Of a stretch of DNA of 63,738 nucleotides, positions 1-12,150 are shown piece after piece (position 1 is the first letter of the stretch; each line of letters starts with the position of its first letter). The DNA comes from Octopus bimaculoides (Eukaryota). The notes beneath the pieces are model-generated. The model was given only the letters and a program-made list of their open reading frames with translations, did no database searches and had not been told where the DNA came from. The stretch spans positions 81,203,177-81,266,914 of the forward strand of contig NC_068984.1 of NCBI RefSeq assembly GCF_001194135.2, written 5' to 3'. A program made the translations under genes and the position numbers.

Positions 1-298
1 ATATATATATATACACACACATATACATCTGTATGTATATATATACACGCACACACACACATATATCAAATGTTCATTCATACATTCAACATACCACATA
101 TGCAGCTAACTGTTTTTTTTATTATTCATTTTTTTTTTCAAAGGCACATTATTATCATCATCATCATCATCATTATTATTATTAATATTATTATTATTAC
201 TGTTATTCCAAAAGACCTGAGAGGTGAATGAGATAGATATAAAACAGAAAAACACTCAAAGTAGCTTGGCTTTTAGTTTTATAGCTTTGGAAAGTTGT

Positions 299-1114
299 TT
301 AGTGTTTCAGAGTCAAGCCAGAACTCACTGACGATGAAGACGGAGATTCATTTGCTTCGGTCAAATGTTCAGATAATCTAGAAACGGGGCTCTGTCTGGC
401 TGAAGAAGTGGGAGGTGGTGTGTTAGTGTGGGCGCTGATTACATTTGAGGAGGAACTCTGTGAAGGAAGCTGATGTGATTGCTGTGACGAAGATGATGAT
501 GATGATGGCGAGAGATGAGGGCTTGGATTGTCATTGTTGCAGTTGCTACTATTATTATTACTACCTCCACTATTACTGCTGCTACTACTACTACTACTAC
601 TACTACTAATAGTACAACTGCCACTACTACTTGTGTTATTGTTGGTGTTATTATTATTATTGTTATTACTACTATTGTTATTATTATTATTTGAACAACT
701 GGTAAAGTTTGAACCAGCTCCACTAATGGAAGAAGCACCGATAAATGTGCTTGATGTAATGATTGGAGAATTCGGTGAGTGCTGAGCAGTTGTTGACATT
801 AATTCAGTTTGTTGCTGGTGTTGTTGTTGTTGCTGCTGCTGCTGTTGTTGTTGTTGTTGTTGTTGCTGCTGCTGCTGCTGTCCTGTCTGAACAGAAAGCT
901 GGTTATTGGTGGGTGTGGTAGACCGAACCTGTGCTTGCGCCTGAGCCTGTGCTTGAGCCCACTTTGGTAAAATCCTTCGTCGTGCATTGGTGAACCAGTA
1001 GTTGATCTGATTGATGGTCAGACCGGTTTGCTTTATAAGCATGGCCTTCTCGTCATCATTGGGATAAGGGTTATCTTTATGATTTCGTAGCCATTCTAGC
1101 ATTATTGCCACAGC
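299..1114 (-). CDS. Terminal coding exon E: TALE homeodomain (helices 1-3) plus Q/N/S low-complexity tail
   Basis: Acceptor ttctcctttattgtAG|GCT GTG. It encodes [52 protein letters not shown], with the TALE three-residue loop before PYP and the WFxNxRRR helix 3. Stop TAA at 301-299. Confidence 0.95.
   Translation of the reverse strand, partial: AVAIMLEWLRNHKDNPYPNDDEKAMLIKQTGLTINQINYWFTNARRRILPKWAQAQAQAQAQVRSTTPTNNQLSVQTGQQQQQQQQQQQQQQQQQQQQHQQQTELMSTTAQHSPNSPIITSSTFIGASSISGAGSNFTSCSNNNNNNSSNNNNNNNTNNNTSSSGSCTISSSSSSSSSSSNSGGSNNNSSNCNNDNPSPHLSPSSSSSSSQQSHQLPSQSSSSNVISAHTNTPPPTSSARQSPVSRLSEHLTEANESPSSSSVSSGLTLKH
809..880 (-). repeat. Coding CAG/CAA repeat encoding Q20-H-Q3
   Basis: Read directly: 60 nt of mixed CAG/CAA, then CAC, then CAG CAA CAA. 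It is followed by AAT/AAC and AGT/AGC runs (poly-N, poly-S) at ~540-690. Confidence 0.95.
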
Positions 1115-1346
1115 CTACAATAAAGGAGAATAGCAATAAAGTCAGTTATCAATCATGGAAAATATCAAGAAAATGAAATAATTATACAAAAAAATAAACC
1201 CTAGAATTTACACATACAGAAAACTGCATTACAAGGTACTAACAGTGCACATATCAAAGATACACAATACTGCATTACACTCAGTTCTTTTGTGAATGCA
1301 TGCAATAAACATAACTGAAATAAATATTTCTAACATAGGAACAAGG

Positions 1347-1590
1347 GGAGGCGCAATGGCCCAGTGGTTAGGGCAGCAGACTCGCTTTCCAGACTGGGCG
1401 TTGTGAGTGTTTATTGAGCGAAACACCTAAGCTCCTGTTGTACTCTTTCGCCCCAACTTTCTCTCACTCTTTCTTCCTGTTTCTTGAGTAACGCTGCGAT
1501 GGACTGGCGTCCTGTCCAGCTGGTGGGAGCACATACGCTATAGAAACCGGGCCCATAAGCCTGGCTAGGTTTTGAAAGGGCGACGTTTAT
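1347..1590 (+). mobile_element. tRNA-derived SINE, internally deleted
   Basis: tRNA-like head GGAGGCGCAATGGCCCAGTGGTTAGGGCAGCAGACTC with an A-box; the B-box region is lost. The body is related to the copies at 11895 and 20495. Confidence 0.65.
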
Positions 1591-3824
1591 AGGAACAAGG
1601 ACAGAAATCTGGGGACAGCGGTTCAACTCCAGTACTTCATGGTACTTTATCTTAAAAGCTGTGGAAGGATGAAAGACACAGTTGACTTTATAGGGATTTG
1701 AACTCAGAATGTAAAAAAAATCAGAACAAATTCCACAAGGTATTTATTTATAGGTGCTTTAACAATTCTGTCAATCATCCCTCATTAAGATAACTAAAAA
1801 CTGTTGGTGGCACAAAAAAAGGTACCAAGTCCATGCTTTGAAATGGCTGGCATTAAGAAGGGCATTCAACTATAGAAACCATGCCATAGCAGACACTGGA
1901 GCATTATTCAGTTCTTGAATCCATCAGATCCTTGTCATACCAGCCAACTCATACCACCATGGAACATGGACACTAAATGATGATGAAAAATGATATGTAA
2001 CCTAGGCACAAGGCCAGAAATTTAGAAGAGAACACATTTGATCACTGCATTTAACCAGTAGTTATGTTATTTATCAACATTGGAAGGATGAAAGGAAAAG
2101 ATGATATCAGAAAGAAATGAACCCAGAATGTAAAGTAATGTAATGAGAACCACAAGGGAAATAGGTGGTGATAGGATTGACCATCAAGTTGTAGGAATCA
2201 TGTCTAAAAAAAACCCAAATAACGGAGAAGTGAACTCCATAAGCCACATTGTAATAGATAACAAAAAAGGCCAGCATATCCAAATAAAATCTTATACAAG
2301 GTAGTGAGGAGTGATTCAGTTTTTCCACAGAGAAATCTTCTTATCCTTGTGAAGTGGAAGAGACTTTTTGAAACTCATCCAACCAAAGCAAGCTTAGGAA
2401 AAAAGAATGTGAAAATGATAGCAATCGTTGTGATATTTTCTTCACCATAATTCCAATTTAGCTAATCTACCATCCTTTATGCCAGAGATACAGTATTTTT
2501 CTGTATTGTAAAAAAATCTTTAGTAATAATTTAGGCACAAGGGACCAGAATTTTGGTGGGGAGGAGAACTTTAATTTTATTGACCCTTGGAAGGATAAAG
2601 GTAAATCCTGATCTGGATTTGAACTAAAATGGAACAAATATTGTAAGGTGTTTTGTCCAATATTCTAACACTTCTTCCAATCCACAGCACTAATAATAAT
2701 AACAACAGCAGCAACAACAACAACAACAAGCTCATTTGATGTCTGTTCTTTCATGCTAGCTTCCGTTGGTTGAAGACTTATTACTGAGCCATTATTTTGC
2801 AGTTGGATTTTTACTTGTCACTAAAGCTTTCTTTTTATTTTTAAAGGATTTTTATTCTGCTTGTCTTTGAATAAGCAGAATTTTGGGGCATTATGTTGAC
2901 AGGGTGATTTCCACACACACACACACATGCGAGGACAAGTGGCTTCTATACCGGGACTGAACCTGGAACCATGTGGTTGTGAAACAAACTTCTTAACTGT
3001 ACAGCCATGCATAATGATGATTATTATTTCTAACATAAATAGAAGGCCAGAAATTTGAGGTATCTGTGACAGTCGATTATACTGAGTACAGTACTTGACA
3101 GGTACTTTATTTTATTGACACCTGGTGGGATTTGTGCAATAAGAACTGGAACAAATACTGCAAAGTATCCAATCCAATGCCATTACTACATATTTTCAAA
3201 GAAAAAATTGTCAATCTCACAAGTAGGCGAAAGTCTGTTTTAAAATAATTTTACATGCATGTAAAATTATTTTAATTTTGGTAATTTGTACAAATTTTCA
3301 TTTCTTCTTTACCCTTTGCTAACACTTCACATGAAATTTTTCTGTAACAAGGTCTAAAAAAAATTTGGATGCTTTCTCATGAATGTGAAGACGATGTATC
3401 AGTGTTTAACATCATCCAACTCTACCACACAAAAGATATATTGCTATTTATTCAGCTACATACACACATACAGATATATATATTTATACACACAAATAGC
3501 ATTCCAAGACTACCAAATTTCTTTGATTGAGTTATCATTATTCCCATTAGCTGTTAAATAAACAGGTGTATACCTCAATTACACTAGGTATTCATGAGAG
3601 ATGGCATGAGCTCAACAGGTGCAGTTTCCACTTAGCATTGGCAACTGATGGATGTAGATGATGGAGATATTTACACACACACACATACACACAACAATAT
3701 TAGATTCACAAATGAGTCAACTGCTAGTTGTTTATATAACACTTCTCTGTCCTTTATCTAAGATATTTATTTCTGTATGTTCCATATTGATGAAGAATCC
3801 AATAGAACTATTTATGTGACATAC

Positions 3825-3935
3825 CTCTTTAGGCAAACTAGGATGTTTCTTTGATTCTGATTTGGCACTATGGTTACTGCTACTGCTCACAACACTACCA
3901 GTGTCACTCATGCTGTCTGGTTGCTCTTTTAAAAC
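3825..3935 (-). CDS. Coding exon D (111 nt, phase 0/0): VLKEQPDSMSDTGSVVSSSSNHSAKSESKKHPSLPKE, including the homeodomain N-terminal arm
   Basis: Acceptor ttttttctctcttttgtAG, donor GAG|GTATGT. The end KKHPSLPKE aligns with the TALE arm (Meis KKRGIFPKV) and joins in frame to AVAIMLEWL. Confidence 0.9.
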
Positions 3936-5405
3936 CTACAAAAGAGAGAAAAAAACAAACAAAACATTTATATGAAAACAAACGGCCTGATAGCATGCTT
4001 TAGGTGAACTCTTTTTTTAGTCAGAGTTAAATTCAAATCAAAAAAAAGAAGTAAAATATTAATTACTAATTAAAGTTTACCATTGATTCGTGGCCAAGGC
4101 AACTTAAGAATAAACAACTCCAGCCATGGCAAGTCTTGAGAACACTTAAGTTTCAGAGAAGGAGGTGCAGACATACAAAATTTGTTTTCCTTGGAATCAC
4201 TCACTGCTTAAGGTCTGATTAGAATATTAATCATGAACAAACTAACCCAACCCATAATAGATAAAAAAAAAAAAAATTGTTTGTACTGCAAAAACTCTTG
4301 TACAAAGTGAGTGAATGGCCAAATTAAGAAATGAAAAATTCACTACACTGACCCAGTAATTATAACAACAGACAATTCTTCTTGCCTATGCTATCATTCA
4401 ACCAAACAATATTGTTGTAGATAGATAGATAGAAGCTAACTTTTGCAAAACTAAAAATAGTAAATGACAGACAAGTAAGATATGAAGCCAAATTGTGTAG
4501 AAATAAAATAAAATTAAAAAAAGCCAATTTTTTTTTCTCAAAATCAAAGAAACTGAACAGAAGTACAAAACCCCAAAGTCCAGTACCATGAATCCGTAAT
4601 TAACAAAATAACGAACTTAAACTTAAAACATGTTTTTCCAGATGTAAAACATCCATTAATGGTTTTTATTTAATAACTAAGACTGGGAACGGCCATTACC
4701 ATTTTTAGTGCCACTGAGACTGGTCATAAGAAGTTCAACCCAAAACATGAACACTTGCAACAAACAGGACTCTGTTTGAGGCATCTGTAAGCCAGTAGAT
4801 TTAGCAAAACAGAAATGGTTCTTTTGAAGAGTTTCCATAAAGTTCCTAGTTACCAAATTTTAACTATAAAAGTCAACCTGAAGAAGACACTTGTCTAAAA
4901 TGTTAAGTGGTGGGATTGAACCTGAAATCATGTGGTTACAAAGTGAACTTTAACCATAAAACTTTGCCTGCACCATAACAATAATTAATTGTAGTAACTC
5001 CCTCACTTTTGTTTTACTGTAAAATTTACCCGAAGTATTTTAAGCTACTCAATGGTGGTGCTCCAGCATGACCACGGTCACATGGCTGAAATGAGTAAAA
5101 GAGTATAAAATAGTAGGTTCTTTAGAGTTTAAATTAATGTTTATTCCCCACACACACACACACACACCCATAATTACCAGCTACAGAATAATCTTTTACT
5201 TAGTTAATAAAAAAAACATTATTGTCTTTACATTCTGAGTTCACATTCTGCCAAGGTCAACTTTGACTTTCATCCTTTCAAGTGAACACTGGGGTCAATG
5301 TAATTGATTTACTTCCCTTCCCTGAAATTGCTGGCCTTGTGCCAAAATTTGAAACTATGATTATCATTATTATAATGATTATTATTACTATTATTATTAT
5401 TATTT

Positions 5406-5608
5406 TAAGGTGGCAAGCTGGGAGAATCATTAGCACACTGGACAAAGTGATTAGCAATGTTTCATTCTGAGTTCAAATTCTGCAAAGGTTGGCTCTGCCT
5501 TTCATCCTTTCGGGGTTAATAAAGATAAGTACCAGTCAAACACTGGGGTCGATGCAATCAACTAGTCCCCTCCCCACAAATTTCAGGCCTTGTGCCTATA
5601 GTAGAAAG
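5406..5608 (+). mobile_element. tRNA-derived SINE (family with TTTCATCCTTTCGGGGT core, Nin/Deu-domain-like)
   Basis: TAAGGTGGCAAGCTGG...GAGTTCAAATTC...CCTTTCATCCTTTCGGGG...AAGTACCAG, followed by (ATT)n. Other copies or fragments lie at ~1590-1790, 2540-2690, 3030-3190, 5220-5360, 6810-6940, 40300-40460 and 48470-48620. Confidence 0.7.
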
Positions 5609-5609
5609 G

Positions 5610-5641
<32 letters not shown>

Positions 5642-5645
5642 ATAC

Positions 5646-5771
5646 CTCTAAAGGTAAACGAGGGCCTTTTGTTGGATCTGTCAAGAAAGCATTTCTGCAG
5701 AAAACCTGGTTACCACATGGTTGACCACTACTAGCTGAATTACCATGGATACAAGCTCCAGGATCCATTGA
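5646..5771 (-). CDS. Coding exon C (126 nt, phase 0/0): SMDPGACIHGNSASSGQPCGNQVFCRNAFLTDPTKGPRLPLE
   Basis: Strong acceptor ctctcattacttcctttctAG and donor GAG|GTATGT. It is an open 42-codon symmetric exon inside ORF 5583..5768, with higher GC than its flanks. There is no domain similarity, so support comes from splice signals and phase. Confidence 0.75.
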
Positions 5772-5872
5772 CTAGAAAGGAAGTAATGAGAGAATATTTA
5801 AAACCAAAATCTAAGTAACCAATTTCCAATAGCTCCCATGTTTCCTTGCTATCTTTGTGGAATACATATACA

Positions 5873-5915
<43 letters not shown>

Positions 5916-6168
5916 CCTCAAATATTCACAACGATTCACTGGATAACAAGCAACGTTTCAATTTTAGTCCTAAAAGCAAATGAATTATTTTCAAACTTTA
6001 AAATTGCTCTTTTCATTAATGCATATATGCTAAAAGAATGGAGCTAAATATATAATAAAATATTTTACTGGAAAACATATATATTCAGAAGTAATTAGAT
6101 TTACAATGCACAAAATTATTATTTTTAAATCAAACATTTCGGACACCATTAATTATATTTGTAATAAT

Positions 6169-6388
6169 ATTGGTTTCAAATTTTGGCACAGGGCCTGCAA
6201 TTTCTGAGAAGGGTGTAAGGTGATTGCATCTGCCACAGTACTCAAAAGGTACTTATTCTTTTGACCCTCAAAGGATGAAAGGCAAACTTCGACCTTGGCA
6301 GAATTTGAACTCAGAATGTAAAGACAGATGAAATGCCACTAAACATTTTACCTGGCATGCTAATGATTCTACCAACTCACCACCTTAA
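6169..6388 (-). mobile_element. Same SINE family, inverted relative to 5406-5608
   Basis: The reverse complement reads taaggtggtgagttggtagaatcattagc...ctgagttcaaattctgccaaggtc...tttcatcctttgagggtc. Confidence 0.7.
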
Positions 6389-6420
6389 TCATATTCATAG
6401 CATTAAATAGCATTCTTTTT

Positions 6421-6797
6421 TTTTATTCTTTTATTCTTTAACTTGTTTCAGTCATTTGGCTGCAGCCATGCTGGAGCACCACCTTTAGAACAAATCGCCC
6501 CCCGGACTTATTCTTTGTAAGGCTAGTACTTATTCTATCGGTCTCATTTGCTGGACCGCTAAGTAATGGGACGTAAACACACCAACATCAGTTGTTATGC
6601 GATGGTGGTGGTGGTGGTGGGGACAAACAGATACACACACACACATATATATATATATATATCAAATCCACTCCTAGTCTTTGGTCGGCCTGAGGCTATA
6701 GTAGAAGACATTTGCCCAAGGTGTCATGCAGTGGGGTTGAACCTGGGACCATGTGGTTGGGAAGCAAGCTTCTTACCACACAGCCACTCCTGCATGG
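6421..6797 (-). mobile_element. Abundant tRNA/CORE-like SINE (head GCAGGAGTGGCTGTGTGGTAAGAAGCTTGCTTCCCAACCACATGG), near full length
   Basis: Reverse complement of the family seen more than 15 times in the window. It has a CCTTGGGCAAxTGTCTT core, an internal (CA)/(TA) microsatellite and the 3' end ...GACTGAAACAAGTxAAAGAATAAAAG. Confidence 0.8.
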
Positions 6798-7429
6798 CTA
6801 AAATACATTTAGGAGAGGGTACAATCAATTTTGTCAACCTTGGAAGAATGAAAGCTAAATTCGACTCCAGTGAGATTTGAACTTAAACTATTAACGGATG
6901 TAACTAAATATTACATGTCTACTGCTCTACTAATTCTGCGTTTTACCACTTTTGTGTTAGATATAATATTAACCCTTTTGATACGAACCCCCTGAGACTG
7001 CCCCAGTATGTAGAGACCCCTTCCTTGACTTGTCAGTTATTCGATATAATACATATGCAAATACAGACACATATATCTGTCATAAGGTATGTTTCTCTAG
7101 TGCAAGCAGCTACCTTTAGAAGACTGTACCCCAGGTTGGCAGTTTTCAGAATTGAAGAGAGGCTTTCAAATGAAAACACCTTAAGATAAATACAGAAAGC
7201 AAGATAGAAATAAAGACAGAGAGGTAAGGAAGAGAGTGTAAAATATTAAGTTGCCAAATATTAATTATATCCAGATATAAGTTTCAGTAATTTTATCTTT
7301 CAAGTCTATTTAGGTATCTTACTGGTACTGAGAGCTGTTGCTAAAACAATTTCAACAGTAGCCTCAGGATATTTCCTGGGGCAATGAGAGAGGGGAGGAA
7401 AGGATAGATAGAGGAGAGAGAAGGAAAGG

Positions 7430-7468
<39 letters not shown>
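7430..7468. repeat. (GT)n microsatellite, representative of dozens of (CA)n/(TA)n/(GA)n/(CAT)n/(TAA)n tracts
   Basis: Read directly. Other examples are (TA)n at 5878-5911, 14487-14518, 26909-26943 and 36835-36882, and (CT)n(TA)n at 21700-21758 and 47367-47440. Confidence 0.95.
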
Positions 7469-7471
<3 letters not shown>

Positions 7472-9757
7472 TTTAAGCAGTTTGAATTTGTAAGGCCAGT
7501 TTGATTCTTGATTTCTCTTTACATACTCTCTCCTACTTCATAGTTGCCTGCAATCTTTTCTGATGGCAGACAATAGGTAATGAAGCCTACCAGGATGACT
7601 TCCTTTGGCACACTCAACTACATAAAGACAAAAGCCTTCAGTAATTAGCCACCCAGTGGCCCATTAAAGATGATTGCCAGATGTTTTCTATATCACACAC
7701 ACACACAAATAACAACTATTGTACATCCTTTCCCAATGATTGTATGGGTGAAATAAGTTTACTGGTTTGAACATTTGTGTTTCTTTTCCCCTCTACAGCT
7801 GAATGCTGTTCTTCCTACTGCTAGCCACTGAACTGTGAAGTAGGTTGTTTTCATTTATTTATTTATTTATCATCATCATCGGCAGCAGCAGCAGCAGCCA
7901 AGCAAACTACATTAAGCAGTAAACAGCTATTAGGTATCTGGTTTAGGTGTACAAAACAAGACAAATGCAATATCTGAACTGCTGGCTATGTGGTTTAGTG
8001 GGCTAACACTTTTAACCTCCATAGTCAAATATAAATGTTCTTACATTAATTACCATTTCAAGTCATTTTTCACAAAGCTCTTTAGTTTTAATTATGCAAA
8101 TTTCCCCTGGACAGAAATGTACTAAATAATTTTTTAACACATAAAAGTTTAAAAATTGATCTGGAGGCAACTTACAACTAAACTAATATGATGAGGTCAA
8201 ATTCATACTGAAACATAGTGTCCCTAGTCTCTAAACAAAGAACAGACTGCTCTTTTGTCCCCCAAATATGCTCATCCAATTAAGAATATATTTTTGATAT
8301 CTTCAAATTACCTCCCTTGCTAGTGGTTACTGTTGGAGGCCGTAGGCCGAATCTGGACCTGCAAACCTGAAATTTTGGATTCCCAAGTTTCCATAACTTG
8401 GAAATAAATTTTGGGAATAATTGAAATTAATTGCAAAATCCAGCGATTATTTTCAGCAATTTTTTTACTTGATTCTTTTTTTTTTGCGACGAATATGATC
8501 ATCATTGAGATTATATGTCTCTGGAGGAAACAATTGCAACAAATTCTCCAAAACAAATCAGAGATCTGTTTGCAGGTCTTCCCATTCAGGGCCAGTTACT
8601 TAAAAGCTATATACTAGCTTAAGAGTTACCCCATCGGGTGGCTTGTAAGCTAGAGAAAGTATATTAAGCACAAGTTTGTGTCATTTGGTCCCTATGCATG
8701 TTTCACTATTGTGGTTATTGTAACCTCTGAATTGCAATTGCATGCAAAATGACAACAGATCATCAGGGGAACACTTTGTTGCATTATGTTACGCAAGTCC
8801 AAAGCTTATATGTGTGTGTGCAAATGTATATGTCTTTGTCTGTAATTTCTCTCAGCTTGATAACCAGTATCTTAGTAAAAAGGAGCTAAGTCAATAAGCA
8901 CTAAACTTAAAAATTGGGGTTCAATTTGATTGAGTAAAACCTTCAAAGCAGTGCACCAGCATGGACACAGTCCAATGAATGAAAGATGTAAATGAGTATT
9001 AACACACACACACACACACACATTTATATATAGCTTCTATTTCTCTGTTAAAAAACAAAAAAGTAACTAAGAAAAATCTGCCAATCTCTGTCAATAAATA
9101 GTTACTTAGACTGACTTGGGCCATAAAATACCTTAATATAGATAATAAAAAAAATCCTTATGTGGGGGAGAATGGTAGCGGGGTAGTCTTCATTACACAA
9201 AACTAAAATCCATTAATTTATGTACAATGATAAGGAAAACAGCAGAACCATGCTGATAAAGTTACAAGGACTGTATATATATACACACACACTAGAACTT
9301 ATGCTTGTACCAAAATTACTCCCATAGGTCTTTAACAAAAAAGAAGAAAAAATGAAGAGGGAGGAGGAGGAACCAATAAGGGTTAGCAAAAGAATTCAGC
9401 TAGCAGAGTAAGGAAAATGTAGTTTATTCCTTTTCCTGATTATACAATTCTAGCCATAGTCATGTTGGCTTTGCCATGCAGCTAAGTTTTGTGTATTAAA
9501 TTTCAAGAACTCCTGTTCAGTATATTGCCTTGTTAACTAGTTGGCAGCAGTATCGGACCCTCTCTCTGTTACATGAGTTGCCAGAGATAAAACATGAACA
9601 ACAAAAGCCAGAATCAACATTTAAACACACAAATACATACATATACACACAAAGCAAAGCATAAAATAATGAGCCGATGAAGAAAGTTCTACATGTTCTC
9701 AGAGCCAGCTAGAAATACCAGCCAAATCACATCAAAATCACACTCAAGTGTCTTTAA

Positions 9758-9978
9758 CACTTTAGCATTCAAACTGGCCATATCTGGTCTAAATATTTTA
9801 TCTGTTTTACGTTCAAACCAACCGAATGCAACCTCTCACACTTATCCTACAATGTCCTTCTAAAAATAAGCCATCACATCATGAAAATCTCAAAGCTACC
9901 AGATGATGCATGATTAATTTAAAACAATGTGAATAAATAAGCATTAACACTTAACAGAATGATCTGAATGCTAAAGGG
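9758..9978. mobile_element. piggyBac-type MITE family 1 (~220 bp)
   Basis: TTAA|CACTTTAGCATT ... AATGCTAAAGGG|TTTA termini. The internal sequence is shared with 14765-14987, 24883-25103 and partial copies at 21043, 35642, ~37620-37730 and 43916. Confidence 0.75.
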
Positions 9979-10299
9979 TTTAAAAAGGGAGGAATACAGT
10001 AGATTATGCATTCTTAGATAAACTATACCCGAGAAAAAAAAAAGATTTTGTGATATTCATGTCTGTTGGAAGGGCATTAAAGATATGGTAATATCAGGGA
10101 ATTGAGTTAAGAATGTACCACTGCACCATAGCAGTAGCAGCATGAACTCTATGCAGTCACTTGATCTGCTAAAAACAGTAGCTAAATCTCCCTCAAATAA
10201 CACCCTCCTGTCTTAAGAGAAAATCAAAGATGTATTAGATAATATGATCTAGTAGAAGACACTTGCACAAAGTGCCACACAGTGGAACTGAACCTGGAA

Positions 10300-10458
10300 T
10301 ATTGACAACTTGATTATAGACACTGGCCTGGAATGTATCTAGGACCTTGAGGCAGTTATGATGGATCAAGAAGTGTGGCAGGCAGACTGTTACTGTGGCC
10401 CGGGTTGAAAACCGGCCATAATAATAATAATAATAATAATAATAATAGTAATAATAAT
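10300..10458 (+). mobile_element. 5'-truncated RTE-clade LINE 3' end with (TAA)n tail
   Basis: Translates DTGLECI*DLEAVMMDQEVWQ, resembling the RTE/RTEX C-terminal D.G....DL..AM.DR..WR motif, and ends in a (TAA)n run. Confidence 0.5.
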
Positions 10459-11894
10459 GCAGTGAAGAACAGAGACTTACAAGCCTTTGGCCATTGTGTA
10501 ACCTTACATTAAAATGCTTTTTATTTTATTTTATTTTTTAGCCATTAAAAAATGTGTTCTAACAAAGGTACAAAGTTACAAATGTTGGAAGGAGGAGGTA
10601 TAGGAATTTAATCAACCCTAGCACTGGATATGATAAAAGCAAACTCAAACCCAAATAGGATTTGACTCACAGCATCTTATCTGATGTCCAAATGATTTTA
10701 CATGTACTGTACAATGTTACACACACACACATAAACATAACATTATAGAGTGAAGAACTACCTTTGTATCTCTAATTATAATAAAGGCAAACAAGACATA
10801 GAGATTACCATCTCTATGTCTTTGACAATCAACTCAAAGATAAAGAGATGAAATTCCCAACAGGTATTTTGTTATGTCTACAGCAGGGAACTTCATTCTA
10901 CATGCCTTGATTCCCAGTTGTATAGAATTGGTAAAAATCATCAGGGAATACTACCGAGGTTGGAATGCAAAGAAAGTAGAGTAAAGACCAAACTTTTGAT
11001 GAACACTTTGGGACGTGCAAAAACGAATGCAATTTTACATTTATTAATTGGCTTCAAAGAGAGAGAACTGAAACAAAGTATCACAATTCTACATGTTGAA
11101 CCTTTCCAAAGGAAAAGCAACTCTAGTTGATAGTTTAAATCATGTTGAGTGTGAGAGAGAAAAATATGTTTAAGCAGAAACACACACAAACGCACGCAAG
11201 CAAGCACAGACACACACACGCACACAAATGCACATATTTACCAGTGTTTTAGATTAGATGAAAACCTTAAAATACTCATATCTGCTTCACTATCTTAATT
11301 CAATTCTACAATTTAAAAAAATAACTAAATAAAAAGTAAAATGAACAAACAAATGGTGACTGCTGTTGAAGATTATTCATAAGAATCAGAAAGATACAAG
11401 TTTAATACAACCTAATCACAGTTTCTGGTTCCTATTGTAAGAACTTGAGAAATGTAGAAAAAAAACCCAAAAAAATCTAGTGCTAAACTTCATAGCTATT
11501 CTTCAACAAATCTTTTCTCCCCCCCCCCCCTCAGTATTTCCCTCCTTGTTCACTTTTAAGGTTTGAAGAAAAAATATTTTGTCTTGTAATTTTGCAAATA
11601 CATTTTTTTTACTATATTTGAATTAATGAAGCGTATCAGAGATACTGTATCAGTTGACATATTCTGACAAATTCGAAATATGCCATTGTTAAATTACTTA
11701 TAATCAAATTACCAGTACAGATTGCTAACTTTTTGGAAATATTTTTGGCACTGGTAGTGTTTATAGTAATTTTTCTATTCTTCTTCAAAATATTTTCAGA
11801 GTAATACTTCATAATCATTTACAATCCAATATCTCCGATCAGTTTAGGTTAAAGATCATGATATTGAAGTAATCAAATATACCCTCTCAAATGT

Positions 11895-12150
11895 GGAGGT
11901 GCGTGGCTCAGTGGTTTGGGTGTTAGACTCCTGATTGTAAGATTGTGGTTTCGATTCCTTGACCGGGCGACACATTGTGTTCTTGAACTACACACTTCCT
12001 TTCTTATTGCTCCAGTCCACTCAGCTGGCAAAAATTAATTATCATGCAATGGACTGGCATCCCATCCAGGTGGGGAATATGTGTGTGCCATGAAACTAGG
12101 AAACCAGCCCTTATGAGTCAGTATGACTCGAGAAGGTAACTTTATCTTTT
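11895..12150 (+). mobile_element. tRNA-derived SINE
   Basis: GGAGGTGCGTGGCTCAGTGG (A-box) ... GGTTTCGATTCC (B-box), followed by a TGTGTTCTTGA core and a CTCCAGTCCACTCAGCTGGC body. Confidence 0.7.

Noticed and set aside
439-987. ORFs 439..738, 528..785 and 799..987 (poly-L/V/I/N)
   Set aside because: Shadow frames of the trinucleotide repeats in exon E.
7771-7845. Strong plus-strand acceptor (ttgtgtttcttttcccctctacAG) suggesting an antisense exon
   Set aside because: No convincing donor or partner exon; an isolated acceptor is expected by chance.
8290-8420. GC-richer patch with a donor-like GAG|GTAATT on the minus strand; possible extra exon
   Set aside because: The phase-0 frame needed between exons B and C contains a stop, and the alternatives rely on weak sites. 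It cannot be fully excluded without RNA-seq.
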